A DNA stretch of 64,000 nucleotides from positions 4,569,814 to 4,633,813 of the forward strand of contig CAVNZM010000013.1 in NCBI GenBank assembly GCA_963693365.1, written 5' to 3'. This document shows positions 1-43,604 of this stretch, piece after piece. The DNA comes from Amoebidium appalachense (lineage: Eukaryota > Protista > Ichthyosporea). The notes beneath the pieces were generated by a model. The model was not told where the DNA came from. It saw only the letters and a program-made list of their open reading frames with translations, and made no database searches. Made by a program: the position numbers and the translations under genes. The stretch's first letter is position 1. Each line of letters opens with the position of its first letter.

Positions 1-843
1 AATCGGCCAGGAAGGTGGTGTGGAGAGTAAAGAATACGAAGGGTGCGTGGAAGGAGCAGAATTAAAGTGGAATAAATCGGAATAATAGTCATCTGTGGAA
101 GTGAGTGTGTCGGGTTTATCAGGGCTACATGTCATAGTGATGGAAGGGCCAAATCGTCCTAGACTCTTGAGGGTGGAAATACAAGAATCGTGGGAAAGTG
201 TTTGACCTAAGTGACCTAAGGTGAGAGATGGTCGTAACCTAACATACGGATATGCAGTACCGACCACACTATCACCTAATTCAAATAGAAAATCAACAAG
301 AAGAGAATAACATACCTCAAGGAGATACGGATCCCTCCGCTGTCGAGCATCCTGCACGGCTTTCAGGAGGGTGAGGTGAATCTCCTTATAGGCATTTTGA
401 ATACTAAGCCGATTGAGTTCATCCTTGAATTTGCGACCAATAAGCCGTTTAGTTACACGAACAATATGTGGCGAAACAGGAGTGGAAATTTGAATAATAA
501 TAGGCTTGTGGTCGGATGCAGTAGAAAGCGCAGCGTCGGAAAGCGGGGAAGTATATCTAAGGATGAATTGCGCATGTGTAACAAGTGAGTTGTGCATGAT
601 AAGAATGATATTTATATTGAGTTTAACGACAGTAATACTTGAAAATACTGGTCTGATTGACCTATTTTCGTAAGTTGCGGTATTTGTCACACTATAAATG
701 TCGTATTCGTGTGTAGCATTAAAGCCACTTAGAGAACTTACAACTGAATCTATATTATTATTAATATTATATACCTCAGGCCTAATATATATATCGACGT
801 GTATTGGTGTATAGAAAATAAATAAATTTTGGCAAATAGAAAC
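1..843 (-). mobile_element. Open frame running off the window edge, resembling the end of a non-LTR retrotransposon APE endonuclease and its linker
   Basis: My translation is stop-free from ~843 to 1 (first ATG at 597): ...FILRYTSPLSDAALSTASDHKPIIIQISTP...; SDHxPI is the terminal APE/EEP motif. Not in the ORF track because it has no stop in the window. Other APE motifs were not recognised. Confidence 0.5.
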
Positions 844-1273
844 TTACTATGTTTAGTAAACATTAGAGTTTAGGGTTTAGGGTTGTATGTGAGCTGTGGT
901 CAGGTGCCGGCACTAAGTAAGGCGAACGGTACGAGTCCATCCAACAAGGAGATATAATATACACTGATATACATCATATGCACAGGGGTCATTCAGGATT
1001 AAGATAACTCACTTATAAGATAAGTAGTACTAGATTTTTTGGGAAAGATTAAGATGTTAGGGGCTACCGAGGCTGGGGGAGAAACAAGATAACGGGGGAA
1101 GGGGGGGGGGGGGGGGGGAGGGGGGAAGGGGGGATTTGGAGGGGGGACTGTGGCTTCCCTACTTATTATTAGTCTAGTCTAGTATTATTATTATTCGCTG
1201 ATTAGTAAGCCCTTCTCTGCAGCGAGTCAAGTTTTTTTTTTCCTATTCTTTTCTTTTTTTCTTTTTTTCTTTT

Positions 1274-1304
<31 letters not shown>

Positions 1305-1644
1305 GGGGAGGGAGGGGGAGGGGGGGGGGGGGCTGTGCAAAAATATGTCCATATGTCTGTGTGTACATGAAAATGTGAATTTGTGCTCGTTTGTCACTCG
1401 GTGTGTTTGTGTGTATGTGGTATGTTTGTGTCACGCACGGTGCACGTGTGTGTATCACCGTGTGTGTGTGTTTGTGTTAGTGTGTCTGTCCGTGTGACGG
1501 TGCACAGTGTGTGTGTACGTCTCCCCCGAACCTCCCCCCTCCCCCCTGTCCCCCCCTGTCCTGTGGGTCCTTTTTATTATGGGCGGGGAGTTTTTTTTTT
1601 TTTTTGTTTGTTTTTTTTTGTTTTTTTTGTTGGGGGGAAGGCCT

Positions 1645-1680
<36 letters not shown>

Positions 1681-2259
1681 GGGGGGCTGTGTGAAGTGTG
1701 CATGTCTGTGTGATGGTTGAATTTTGTTCTCGTTTGTCACTGGGTGTGTTTCTGTGTGTTGTGTGGGTGTGTGTGTACGTGTGTATCACAATGTGGGTGT
1801 GTGGGTGTGTCCGTGTCTCCATGTCACGGTGCACGGTGTGTGTGTTTCTCTCACCCCCCCGCCCAGAAGAAGGACCAACAGGACCGCGCCGGGGGGAGGG
1901 GGGGGGGGGGGGGGGGAATAAGTCGTAGGGACTCGGCATAAATAATATTTTAATTGTAAGATAAAATTCACTCTATCAAAGGAAGTAGTTTCACAAAAAA
2001 TGCCCGAGTGCCATTAACATAATGATCTATTATAAACTTTGCGATATGCTGAGACAACCTAAAAAATTTAAGTACTTTCTAAGAGTGATAATCCTAAATA
2101 TATAGTAGTTTTCAATACAAAGAGCTTATTGCTATATTAATAGTACATTAGGAGTGTGATTGAATAGTATTATTCAATCTTATAATAGGAGTGGAATTAA
2201 TTTATTTAATAGTAGGAAAGAGATAAGAAAAAAGAACAATTGATGGTGAATAAGAAAGA

Positions 2260-2830
2260 GTGACAGCAGTAGGAGTAGGTGGTGAGGAAAGAGTGACACC
2301 AGTATAAATACAAAGAGTAACAGCCGTAGAGATACAACGAGTAACAATAGTAGATAGTGAGGAAAGTGTGACAGTAGCAGTAGCGAGATAAAGAAAGAAA
2401 GCAGTAGAGATACTAAGAGTGATAGCCGTAGAGATACCCAAAGTGGAAGCAGTAGATAGTGAGGAAATTGTGACAGTAGCGATAGCAGCAGTAGAGAGAT
2501 AAAGAATGATAGCCGTAGAGATACAACGAGTGATAGCAATAGAGATACAACGAGTGATAGTCGTAGAGATACAAATAGTGATAGCTGTAGGTGGTTAAGA
2601 AAGAGTAACAACAGTAGAGATACTAAGATTAACAGCCGTAGATAGTGAGGAACTTGATGATGAGAAAAGAGTAACAGCCGTAAAGATACAATGAGTGATA
2701 GCATTAGGTGGCGAGGAAAGAGTGAGAGCAGTAGAGATACAACGAGTAACAGTAGTAGATAGTGAGGAAATGGTGAGAGCAGTAGAGATACAAAGAGTGA
2801 TAGCATTAGGTGGCGAGGAAAGAGTGACGG
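2260..2830. repeat. Degenerate purine-rich minisatellite
   Basis: Recurring units such as gtagagatacaacgagtgatagc and agtagatagtgaggaaa; explains the Leu/Ser-rich ORF 2180..2806. Confidence 0.8.
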
Positions 2831-2839
2831 AAGAGTAGA

Positions 2840-3475
2840 ACTAGTTGATAGAGGATTGATGGCAATGAGATGTTATGAATGATAAGATGCTAGCATAGAC
2901 GAGAGATTAGAGGATTGATAGCAATGCGATGAATGATAAGGTGCTAGCAGAAACGAGGGATTAGAGGATTGATAGCAATGAGATGAATGATAAGGTGCTA
3001 GCAGAAACGAGGGATTAGAGGATTAGTTTATGGAAGATTGATAGCAATGAAATGTTATGAAGAATAAAGTGCTAGCATAGATGAAGCATTAGTTGATAGA
3101 GGATTGATAGCAATGAGATGTTATGAATGATAAGGTGCTAGCATAGACGAGGAATTAGAGGATTGATAGCAATGAAGTAAGATGTTATGAATGATAAGAT
3201 GCTAGCATAGACGAGAGATTAGAGGATTGATAGCAATGAGATGAATGATAAGGTGCTAGCATAGACGAGGGATTCGAGGCATTAGTTGATAGAGGATTGA
3301 TAGTAATGAGATGAAAGATAAAGTGCTAGCATAGACGAGGGATTTAAGGTTTGATGTTATGAAAGATAAAGTGCTAGCATAGACAAAGGATTGGAGGATT
3401 AGTTGCTAGAGGATTGATATCAATGAGATGGTATAAATGATAAGGTGCTAGCATAGACGAATGGTAAAGGATTAA
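2840..3475. repeat. ~45-55 bp minisatellite array
   Basis: About 11 copies of agaggattgatagcaatgagatg(ttatg)aatgataaggtgctagcatagacga. Confidence 0.85.
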
Positions 3476-4043
3476 TGGAGGATTAGAAGATTAATGATCT
3501 ACGAAAAATTAATTGAGCAATAATTGATGATTTATGTAATACACCCCAGAGTATCCCAGATTTCTACACGATCCCAATCGATTCATCCATTTATGCTATG
3601 CACGAGAGACTCATTAACATCGATGATCTATTGACATACGAGAAAGCTCTGAAGAGACTCTCACAATGAGCTTGTCGTCGTATGATGATAATAGCATAAG
3701 AATGTTTCTTAGCGATAAGGCTCTACTGAGATTCTACCCGAGGCGAGTCGAAAGTATGATTGGGTGAATTATCAGAGGCGAGTCTGATCTAAGGGTTTGA
3801 TGGGGTGAATTACCAGAGGCGAGTCAAGAATATAATTGGGTGAATTACCAGAGGCGAATCAAGAGATAGCTCACCATAAAACATCTGCAAGTTACAAGTA
3901 CTAATACGAGCTTGTCGTCGTATGATGACAATAGCATAAGACTTTTCTCTTAGCGAGAAAGCTCTACTGAGACTCTTGACTCATGCACTCCTGTTATTCA
4001 TACACTCATGCACCACATTCGATTTATGCACTTCTGTTATTCC

Positions 4044-4523
4044 TGTAAACAGTTGGACTAGTTGGGATAAGGCAGAGAACAACTGAATCAGAATAAAGAC
4101 AGAGAACGGGTAGAAAGGCACACGCGGCCAAGTTGCTTTTACTATGGGCCGACTCAGTCTGTCTCAGACTTCACTGATGTGATCCCCGTACTGGGACGGC
4201 TTTCTTATATAGCCCCCAGGTTTCGGATCAAGGCCCAGGATTGGTTCATCCGCGGCCAGCGCGGGTGGCAACATGCCATTCGTGATTCTGGTGCGGTCCG
4301 AGCCAGTCAGACCTTTGTCCTATTTATGCAAACATCTTATTGGTCCACTTCGTTTATGTGGTATGCAGCGGTAGAACCATATATGGTTCACTTCTTAGGT
4401 AAGATTGATTCCTATTGGTGCGGACATAATATTTATGTGATATTCGTGACAAAGCACGAATCGTGTGCTAGTACATCACATTCTTTAGTAAACATGTACA
4501 GTTCATGTGTACAGTTGTTTACA
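4044..4523 (-). repeat. 3' LTR
   Basis: Direct repeat of 7168-7647 with TG...CA ends; adjoins the polypurine tract. Confidence 0.92.
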
Positions 4524-7148
4524 CTCCCCCCCTTGTCGGGAGCCTGGTGATGTCGTTAGACAAGCAAACCACCAGGCTGAGAGGCGATAAACAACCTTCA
4601 CCGAGAATTCTTGTGTGTGCCGAGCTGCTGGACAGAACAGAGCAAGGACGGTGGAATAGATTTGTGCACGTCTATGAGCACTTCTTCATTTGCCAAAACA
4701 CAAATTCATGCAGCATTCTTCTGTGTTTTCATTTTCGTGGCGAAGATTGTTGCAGAGTGTGCGTGCGAATTGTTCGCTTCGTCTCTGTGCTTGGCTTTTT
4801 CTGTAGAAGTAATATTTTCCTTTTTTAGGTGTTTTTCCTTTTTAGGAAACTCCCGCAGATTCGTTTTCAATTGCGCGTAATTTAGTTGTGTGGATGAATG
4901 ATCATACCAAACATTCGATAATGAATATAACTCAAGCCTTAGGTCACTTCGTACTCAGGTAGTGGTGGATAGCTTCAAGGCTTAGCCACTGCTCCTTATC
5001 CCGGTTCTACCTTAAGACTGTAAGGCGAGTCACCATGGCCGGAATAGCCACTTCTTTCATGAACAAAGAGCACTTCTTTCCTTTCAGCTTTAACCCTGCA
5101 TCATCGGAGCCGGGAATAACATGAATAAAAATGCCCTAAGTGTTCTTCGTTGGGCGACATAAAGAAATATATCAGCCCGTCAGAATTTGAACCAGTAAAA
5201 ACCCGGTTCATAATTCATAAGAAGAGGGTAGGCAAAGCAAACCTTCTTCAGAAAACACATGCTTCCATTCGTGAGCAGTTTTCGTATCCCATTTGCCAGC
5301 CATTTTTCGTTGAGCAGGGGGATTCCAGGCATAATACATTCTTCTGGAGGCTTGGCCTAAAAAGAAAAGTCGTCAGAGTCGCCCTTTCTTTTGTAAGCAA
5401 CTTCGTGAGCGCGCTTCGTATCTTCATATCCTCCAGTGCAGGTCTGGATGGTGCCCCATCCTCTGCTTCATTTGTAGGTGGCCCTACTGTTGGTTCTGTT
5501 CGTTGTGTGGAAAACCAAAACCATTCGTATTCGTGGAACTGCTTTGTGCTGTGCTTTCTTTCGTGTTGGTGTTCATGAAGTTACCCCGTTCACACACCCT
5601 ACTTCTTACATACATTAGATGTAAGTAGCTGCCTGGTGAGTGTGTGGTTCGTGTTCGTGGCATTCTTCTGTTCCTTCGTGAGAAGAATATTCGTTTTAGC
5701 AGAGGTGCCCAATAAGGCAGCTTGTGGGGTTGTCTCCCGCATGTGCCCATTGGTGGGGTATGCACGTGCTAAATTGTTACAGTGTCATCATATTGCAAGG
5801 GAATAACATGGTCACCTCCGTACCAGGGCCTAGTAGGTACACATGATGGTCCGATGTGTTAGTCAACAACACCTTGCATTCGTATTCGTATTTGTCTTCC
5901 ACGTCACTTTCTTCAGTAGTGAAGGAGGGTATTCGTAATTCGAAACTGAAAGGCTTCCAGCCAAAATACTGATACTGTATGATGGGGTTGTGAGGGAGCG
6001 GTGCCCATACCACATTCTTTTGTTCTGGTAGGGGTGTGCCGGCAGCTAGTGCAAGGCTTGACAGTGTAATTGGTATGTTACACCGTATTGCCACAGACGG
6101 GCATTCACCTTAAAATTCGTACCCAACACCTTCTTTGTTTTTCACATGCATGAACAAAAGTTCTGCATCGACTTTATTACATGCCTTTTGTGCACCAAGA
6201 GTGCAAATTCGTTAGGGCGTGGCACCAGGAAGGGCCGCCATACATGAGTCAGGCATATGTTCGTAATGTGTTTAGGCATGCCAGCATACATTCATGCGCA
6301 TGTTGTGCATCCTGGGCGCTAAACTATGGGGCATGCTGTATTCGAGAACAGCAAGGGATTCGAAGCATGCATGCAACACTACTTTCATAAGATCTTAGGT
6401 CCTACATGCTATAGCAACAGCGACTATCTTCTTCGTTAAGTGCATTTGTGCTGAAAGTGGCCGTGCATCTGGCTTGCGAGTGTGGACGTGCATGCGGTGG
6501 CATGGACACGATGGCAGTGTGCAATAGGGCAATGCACGCAAGGGCAACGGTTTTATTTTCTTCCTAACATAGAGGGGGCTGTGTGCATTGCAACCCAAGC
6601 AGTGTTGTGCATTCGTCCTTTCATTTTCGTATTTCCAGTTCATTTTGCTTTCGTTTTTCGTTTTTTGTCGTTTGATAACTTCGTTACTTCGTTTTGTTTT
6701 CGTGTTGCATTCATTTCGTATTTCCTCTATGCAATCGTTTGTCGTTAATTCTTTATTTCATTGCGTATTCGTGATGGTTCGTTTTTCGTTGGTTCATTGC
6801 TTCGTTAGCAATTCTTTATTCGTTTGTTCGTGTATTCGTTGTTTCGTTGTGTATTCGTTTTTCTTCACATTTTTGATGTGTCGTAGCAAAAGAAGTTTTA
6901 CATGCTTTCAATTCTTTCCGTGTAGGTGGGCTGGCCACTTCAAACTTGTAGGTGTATATATTCTAAGCCGGACAAGGAAAGATGTGCCTATCATCGGGGT
7001 AAAAAGGATTGTGATCGGCCATGGGAGATTCTTGAGCTGATTGAAAGATGTGAGATTCTTGAACTGATTGAAAGATGTGAGATTCGAAGGATGCGAGATT
7101 CTTGAACTGCGCGGTCGCCAATGTAAACAGTTGGCAATGTATAACAGT

Positions 7149-7166
7149 GTCCTGCCGCGGTCGCCA
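7149..7166 (-). promoter_or_regulatory. Primer-binding site, probably tRNA-Arg(UCG)
   Basis: Plus strand GTCCTGCCGCGGTCGCCA is an 18-nt tRNA-like 3' end ending in CCA, 1 nt from the LTR. It matches my recollection of eukaryotic tRNA-Arg(TCG) 3' ends. Confidence 0.75.
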
Positions 7167-7167
7167 A

Positions 7168-7647
7168 TGTAAACAGTTGGACTAGTTGGGATAAGGCAGA
7201 GAACAACTGAATCAGAATAAAGACAGAGAACGGGTAGAAAGGCACACGCGGCCAAGTTGCTTTTACTATGGGCCGACTCAGTCTGTCTCAGACTTCACTG
7301 ATGTGATCCCCGTACTGGGACGGCTTTCTTATATAGCCCCCAGGTTTCGGATCAAGGCCCAGGATTGGTTCATCCGCGGCCAGCGCGGGTGGCAACATGC
7401 CATTCGTGATTCTGGTGCGGTCCGAGCCAGTCAGACCTTTGTCCTATTTATGCAAACATCTTATTGGTCCACTTCGTTTATGTGGTATGCAGCGGTAGAA
7501 CCATATATGGTTCACTTCTTAGGTAAGATTGATTCCTATTGGTGCGGACATAATATTTATGTGATATTCGTGACAAAGCACGAATCGTGTGCTAGTACAT
7601 CACAGTCTTTCGTAAACATGTACAGTTCATGTGTACAGTTGTTTACA
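7168..7647 (-). repeat. 5' LTR
   Basis: Direct repeat of 4044-4523; adjoins the PBS. Confidence 0.92.
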
Positions 7648-8649
7648 ATTCCTACACTCATGCTATGCATAACCACATATTATTCATGCACCCCTGTTAT
7701 TCCTACACTCATGCTATGCATAACCACATTTGATTCATACACTCATGTATAACCTTATTCGATTCTTGCACTCCTGCTATTCATACACTCTTGCTATTCA
7801 TACACTCATGCTATGCATAACCATATCCGATTCATACACTCATGCATAACCACATTAGATTCATGCACTCCTGCTAGGACATGCACGAGGGACTCATTAA
7901 CATCGGTGATCCGTTTATGTTCAAGAAAGCTAGACAACATTTATAATACTAAATTAGTGTCTAATAACTCATCCATGATCGTTAAGAGTTGTCTATTACA
8001 TTATTGCTAAGAAACATACATGATTATGCAAAACTATGAACTGCTATGAAAAATCTGGAATTGCTATAAGATTGAGGAACTGCTATGAAAAATCTTGAAC
8101 TGCTAGGAGATCTATGAGATCTATGAATAGTTATGAAAACCATGAAAGTTATGAGACGCTTCATCAAGAGACATTTTATCCAGAGATATTCCAGCCTTCT
8201 CGTGCTGTTAAAGTAATAATAACTCTGCGAGTACTCCACGAGTGGTAAGTGCGCAACGAATTGCGAGGTGCGAGTACTAAATGAGCTTGTCGTCGTATGA
8301 GGACAAGAGCATAAGACTTTTCTCTTAGCGAGAAAGCTCTTCAGAGACTCGTTGTACTAACTTCTTTCCCAAGGTTATCCCCCTCATTAATACATAACAG
8401 TCTCGTATAAGATTTTTACTATAGATTATAACCTAGTTGGTACGATGTACCTCCTATCAATGCTTAATTTATATGTTGTTATTCTTATCCTAAATTCCCT
8501 AAGGAATAACAGAAACTCAACGTGTAATCTCTGAGGATTCTACTAATAGATCTTTATCTACTTTAGTTTCCTGTTGATTGATCTGCTCTTTGTGTCAAGA
8601 GCTATTATATATATATTTAAGAACTCTCTAAGCGGAAAACCCTTTCCCT

Positions 8650-14330
<5,681 letters not shown>

Positions 14331-14696
14331 ACACACGTGCGCACATCATCTCAACAATCATTATCATACTGTCAACAACAATACCGCCATACCTGTGTGC
14401 ATAACATAGGTGAAAAGCTCTTTTTTATTGACCTTCTACTCGAATATATTCTTTATTATCTCATGCTAGCAATATATTCCACTCGGCTCCCTCACCCCTA
14501 GGGCTACATCTAGCATGTTAATCCATATAAAAATGTGTATATCTCCCTTTGACCCGGTAATTTGGTTGGATAATCGTCATTCCAATCGAAATACTGGAGA
14601 GGCATGAAGAGTCGATAAGTCGATACGTCCCAGATACCTCATTGGAAAAGTAGAGCAAATCACTAAACTAGATGGGCACCTACCTACAACCCCCCC

Positions 14697-14727
<31 letters not shown>

Positions 14728-15119
14728 AAAAAAAAAAAAAAAAGAAAAGAAAAAAAAGAGGTGAACTATCCCGTGGGTCGTTGCCACTTTGAATAGACCA
14801 AGCACGGAATTTGCATACACAGGGTTTGAAACCCTCACCATAATTCGGAACAATATCTAACTACAACATCAACATCACTTCTCGTTTGGCCCACATACAG
14901 TACAATGGCATCAATCATTGAGTAATATTAACACAATCGTTAGATAAACTATACCACAGCAATGGTGCTAGTGTAAATCTAAAAAACAAGCCACGAATAT
15001 AATCGGATTGCAGATATCCACAAGATAAACCCACAAAATCCTTCCTCAAAAACCACCACGTAATAAACCCGCCACATACCTATTATAAAATTAAAAACTA
15101 ACGCTGCCTTCCCATTGGC

Positions 15120-18493
<3,374 letters not shown>

Positions 18494-19173
18494 CCTGGAG
18501 GTTATAATATGTGATGTTGGGGTTAGCGAGAGGCTTTGTCTTATGTTGCTGTGATGATTGGGGATGAAAGAACCCTAAACGTGAAGCCGATGCTCAAAGA
18601 CCTGAAAAGAGATTGTGAAAAGGTGTACGCGGCTGCACGCTGCACCAAAAGTCGCATTAAAAGTTCCTTTGAAACTAGGCAGCCTAGATACAAGTAGGCT
18701 ACAAACAAGAAACTAGAAAACTGAAAAGAAACGAAGCCAGCCCGGGGAAGAAAAAGCAAGAATGCTCAGCACATGAACTACGGTTTGCGTAACTAGCGGC
18801 AAAACTAAAACTAACATAAGGTATTTTAACGTTATTTACCATAATAAACCAAAAACCTAAAGCATTATAAAGCCTATAAAGAAATAAATCATGCATATAT
18901 AGGCGAGCCTTACAGTTTGAATAGAAAAAGATCGTATCCAATCAAATCAGCAAAATCGTTGTGCTCTTTGTTTTGGCCATTATGATTGGTAGGTAAAGAT
19001 TTCAGTCATTCAATCATAACATTCGATTTCGATGGTATGCAGCCCTATGCTGACACCGGCCGGTGCACACGTGCCGTGCACTCAGTGTTCATTTCACTTT
19101 CATAGTTTTTACTGTACAGTGTTGAGGCCACAACCAGAAAACTAGAGCTAAAGAAAATATAGCACTTGAAAAG

Positions 19174-40244
<21,071 letters not shown>

Positions 40245-40523
40245 GGAGCAACGTGCTCTAGAACGTCGTGTTCTAGAAATGAACTGGGTGGATTGGGAGG
40301 GAGATGTTGGTATGACATGGCGATCTATGATGTTGAGTAATATTGCTTCAAGTTGGTGGGAGTCGTGGTTGTGTATTGAAAAGATAGAAAGAGGAACAAA
40401 CAATGACATTGTTTGAGAAGAACACGTAGCCTACCTTTCGTGGAATCGGTTTTGCACATATGCGACCATTTTCTGTTTTTTGTCTAGTGTGCATGTACGA
40501 ATGGCTTATGGGCTAGGGTTGGG

Positions 40524-40579
<56 letters not shown>

Positions 40580-40601
40580 CTATTCTTTTCTTTTCGTTTT
40601 T

Positions 40602-40636
<35 letters not shown>

Positions 40637-40974
40637 TGTGTGAAGGGGGGAGGGGGGGGGGGGGGGGGGGGGGCACAGTTAGGCTTCAGATGAACACGTG
40701 ACCTTTATGTACCCAAGCCTGTCCACCGTGTGCACGGGCACAAACAATCGTCAAAGGCTAAAGGAGATGCCTGTAAACGGGCTTCTTTAAAAATACTTCT
40801 CGGATAACCGATAAAAACTCTGAGCTTTTATATCAGGCTGCCGTTAGCCAAAAGACACGACTACCCATGCCACTTTCTCCCGCAAGCTCCAGAAGGGCGA
40901 AAGGAGCCCCCGGGGGGGGGGGGAACGGGGGGGGGGAATTGGCTATCCACCTCCGATCAACATGAGGGGCCCCG

Positions 40975-41017
<43 letters not shown>

Positions 41018-41976
41018 GATAAAGTTGATAAATGCCTTAAACGGGGAGGGGGAGGAGGGTTCGACTTGGATCAAAAAAACGTTATATTTATGGAATTCAA
41101 GGGGGAACCGCAAAGGGTTGTGGAGAAGAGTCTTTCCCTCATTTTTGATTCCAACGGGAAACTTTGATAATCTGTACGTTGTTGATTAAATAGTGACATG
41201 TACACACAAACACATCCAAGCCCACCGGGTCCCCTTCCCTCACGTGCGTGTCTCCCCCACCCCCCCCCCCGGCCCCCATCTCCCCCCCCTCCCCCCCCCC
41301 CCCCCCCCCCCCCCTTCGCCCTCCTTCTTGCACCGTGTATGCTATTACTGTTCTGCGTCAAATGCCACCCACACCCTTTTCAAACATGCAGATCCCACAA
41401 TCAACCGCTCAGTTTGATACCATGTAAATGCAATATCCGGTCAGAACAAGGGCTCGGTGACCGCTTGTCAATAAACCCTATGGGTCATTCTCGTGCACAC
41501 AAAGTGCATCATGCAATGACCAGATGTCCCTAATCATGGGACATGGTCACCCCACAAGTACATGCTAAAGGTACACGTCTTGCTTTAGTCCGCATGCCTT
41601 ACAACCCCCCCCCCCCCCCCCTTCCCCCCCCTTCCCCCTCCCCCGGCCCCCCCCCCCCCCCGTACGCACACAAATTCTGCGTAAAAGTTCAATAGTTAGG
41701 AATATTGATATGGACTCATTATCTGTCTATTCGGGGATGTGCTTGGGTGCCCTTAGTCTTATTCCCCCCCCCCCCCACAAAAAAAATCTTTTCCAACCTT
41801 TCTAACCTCCTCCCCCTCCCCCCCCCCCCCCTTTCCCGCTACCCCCTTCCCCCCCCCCCCCCCCCAAAAAAAAAAAAAAAAGAAAGAAAGAAAGAAAGAA
41901 AAGGAAAGAAAGAAAGGGGGAAAAGTAAGATAGACTGGGGGGGGGGGGGGGGGGGAGGGGGGAGGGGGGAGGGGGG

Positions 41977-42068
<92 letters not shown>

Positions 42069-42102
42069 GGGGAGAGGGAGAGAGAGGGGGAGAGGGAGAG
42101 AG

Positions 42103-42133
<31 letters not shown>

Positions 42134-42892
42134 AGGGAGAGAGAGAGAGATCTAGAGAGGGGGGGGGGGGGGAGGGAGAGAGGGAGGGAGGCGGGAGGGG
42201 GAGAGGGGGAGAGGGAGAGAGGGGGGAGAGGGGGAGAGGGGGAGAGGGGGAGAGGGAGAGAGGGAAATAGAGAGGGCGTCCCCCCCCTCCCCCCCCCCCC
42301 CCCAAAAAAAAAAAGAGAGAGAGAGATATTTCCTTTCCCCCACTATTTTTACTATATATTTTGACCCTAAGTTTCGCTTCATTCCGTTTTGACCCTGTGA
42401 CAGTCTATGCTTAAAACATAATTAAAAAAATTTTTAAATACCCCAACCTCCCCCTCTTCCCACACACAGGCACACACACACCGTGACACCTCTCCCCCCC
42501 CCCCCCCCCTCCCCCCCCCCCCCCCCCCCCCCCCCCCTCCCCACCTCCCTTCCAACCTCACTAACCCGTTGACCTTCCGACCCACTCCACTCACCCCTCG
42601 CAACATCTGCTCTGATCGGCCTAACATCCACATACCCTTGGGCTGAGCCTTTTCCCTCCCAGACATATCCCGCTTCCCGCATACATTCTCACCCACACTA
42701 ACCCATTCTGACTTAGCACTTTAACGGATACAGTTAAACGGCTCAGGATATGAATCGCGTTGAATTTAGACAAAACTCGAGCCCCCCCCCCCCCCCCCCC
42801 CCCCCCCCGACTTGAAACTCGAGCCCCCCCCTCCCCCCTGCCTCCCCCTCCCTCCCCCCATCCCCCCCCCCCCCTCCCCACACCCAGCCCCC

Positions 42893-42929
<37 letters not shown>

Positions 42930-43180
42930 CCCCCCCCCCCCCTCCTCCCTCCCTCCCAGCCCCTTCCACACCCCCCGCCCTCCCCCCCCCCCCCTCCCCC
43001 CCCCCCCCCCTTCCCCGCCCACCCTTCATTTTATCCGTGAGTGCCCCCCCCCCCACCCACCCACCCCACCCACCCACCCACCCACAGCATGGTGGCTGCC
43101 ACTCTATGCCACCTTCCACGGCCTCACACTGGAGGGTGGATGAGCACAAACATACGACTCAGTTGATGTCTTTCCTAGCG

Positions 43181-43218
<38 letters not shown>

Positions 43219-43604
43219 TTCTGGTCTCCTTGCTCGTCTCTTTGATGGTATTGTGTACATCATATTCCGTACTATTCAATATTATATACCCTGAAAAAAT
43301 GTAAAGCGTGTTTACGCTAATACCATGTCTAAGTTATCTGAAGCTGGGAATAGGTGTCAAGTCTTAAATGCGTACGTACTGGTGTGGAAGAACAAACAGG
43401 CAAAGAGCTAGAGATATTCAGTGAAGCATTGCCGCAATTGGTTTTGTGCCCCCTACACACAAGCTCATACCGACTGTCCATGACATAGGAGCCCGTGAAA
43501 AAAAAAGGAAAATAAAAAATAAATAAATATAAAAAAAAGAATAACCAAACTAAATGACTTTTTTCATAGTTTATATGGTGCCGAAGTTCACAGAGTAAGA
43601 AACA

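Larger units (their letters stand above)
4044..7647 (-). mobile_element. Non-autonomous LTR retrotransposon with near-identical LTRs
   Basis: 480-bp direct repeats 4044-4523 and 7168-7647, each TGTAAAC...GTTTACA, with only 2 mismatches seen. TSD ATTCC at 4039-4043 and 7648-7652. PPT at 4524-4532 and PBS at 7149-7166 give minus orientation. No gag/pol motifs recognised in the 2.6-kb interior. Confidence 0.92.

Noticed and set aside
863-884. TTTAGGG telomere-like repeats
   Set aside because: Only two perfect units; too short to call.
2180-2806. 208-aa hydrophobic ORF
   Set aside because: Coincides with a minisatellite and has no protein-like complexity.
2840-3475. Regular repeats suggesting a CRISPR array
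   Set aside because: Contiguous tandem units without unique spacers, no cas genes, eukaryotic context.
3908-3970. Hammerhead-like tgatga...gaaa in the 65-nt repeat
   Set aside because: C3 is missing, stems I/II are not credible, and GAAA is absent in one copy.
4179-4550. Duplicated ORF MIPVLGRLSY (also at 7303)
   Set aside because: Lies within the LTRs, antisense to the element; the duplication is explained by the LTRs.
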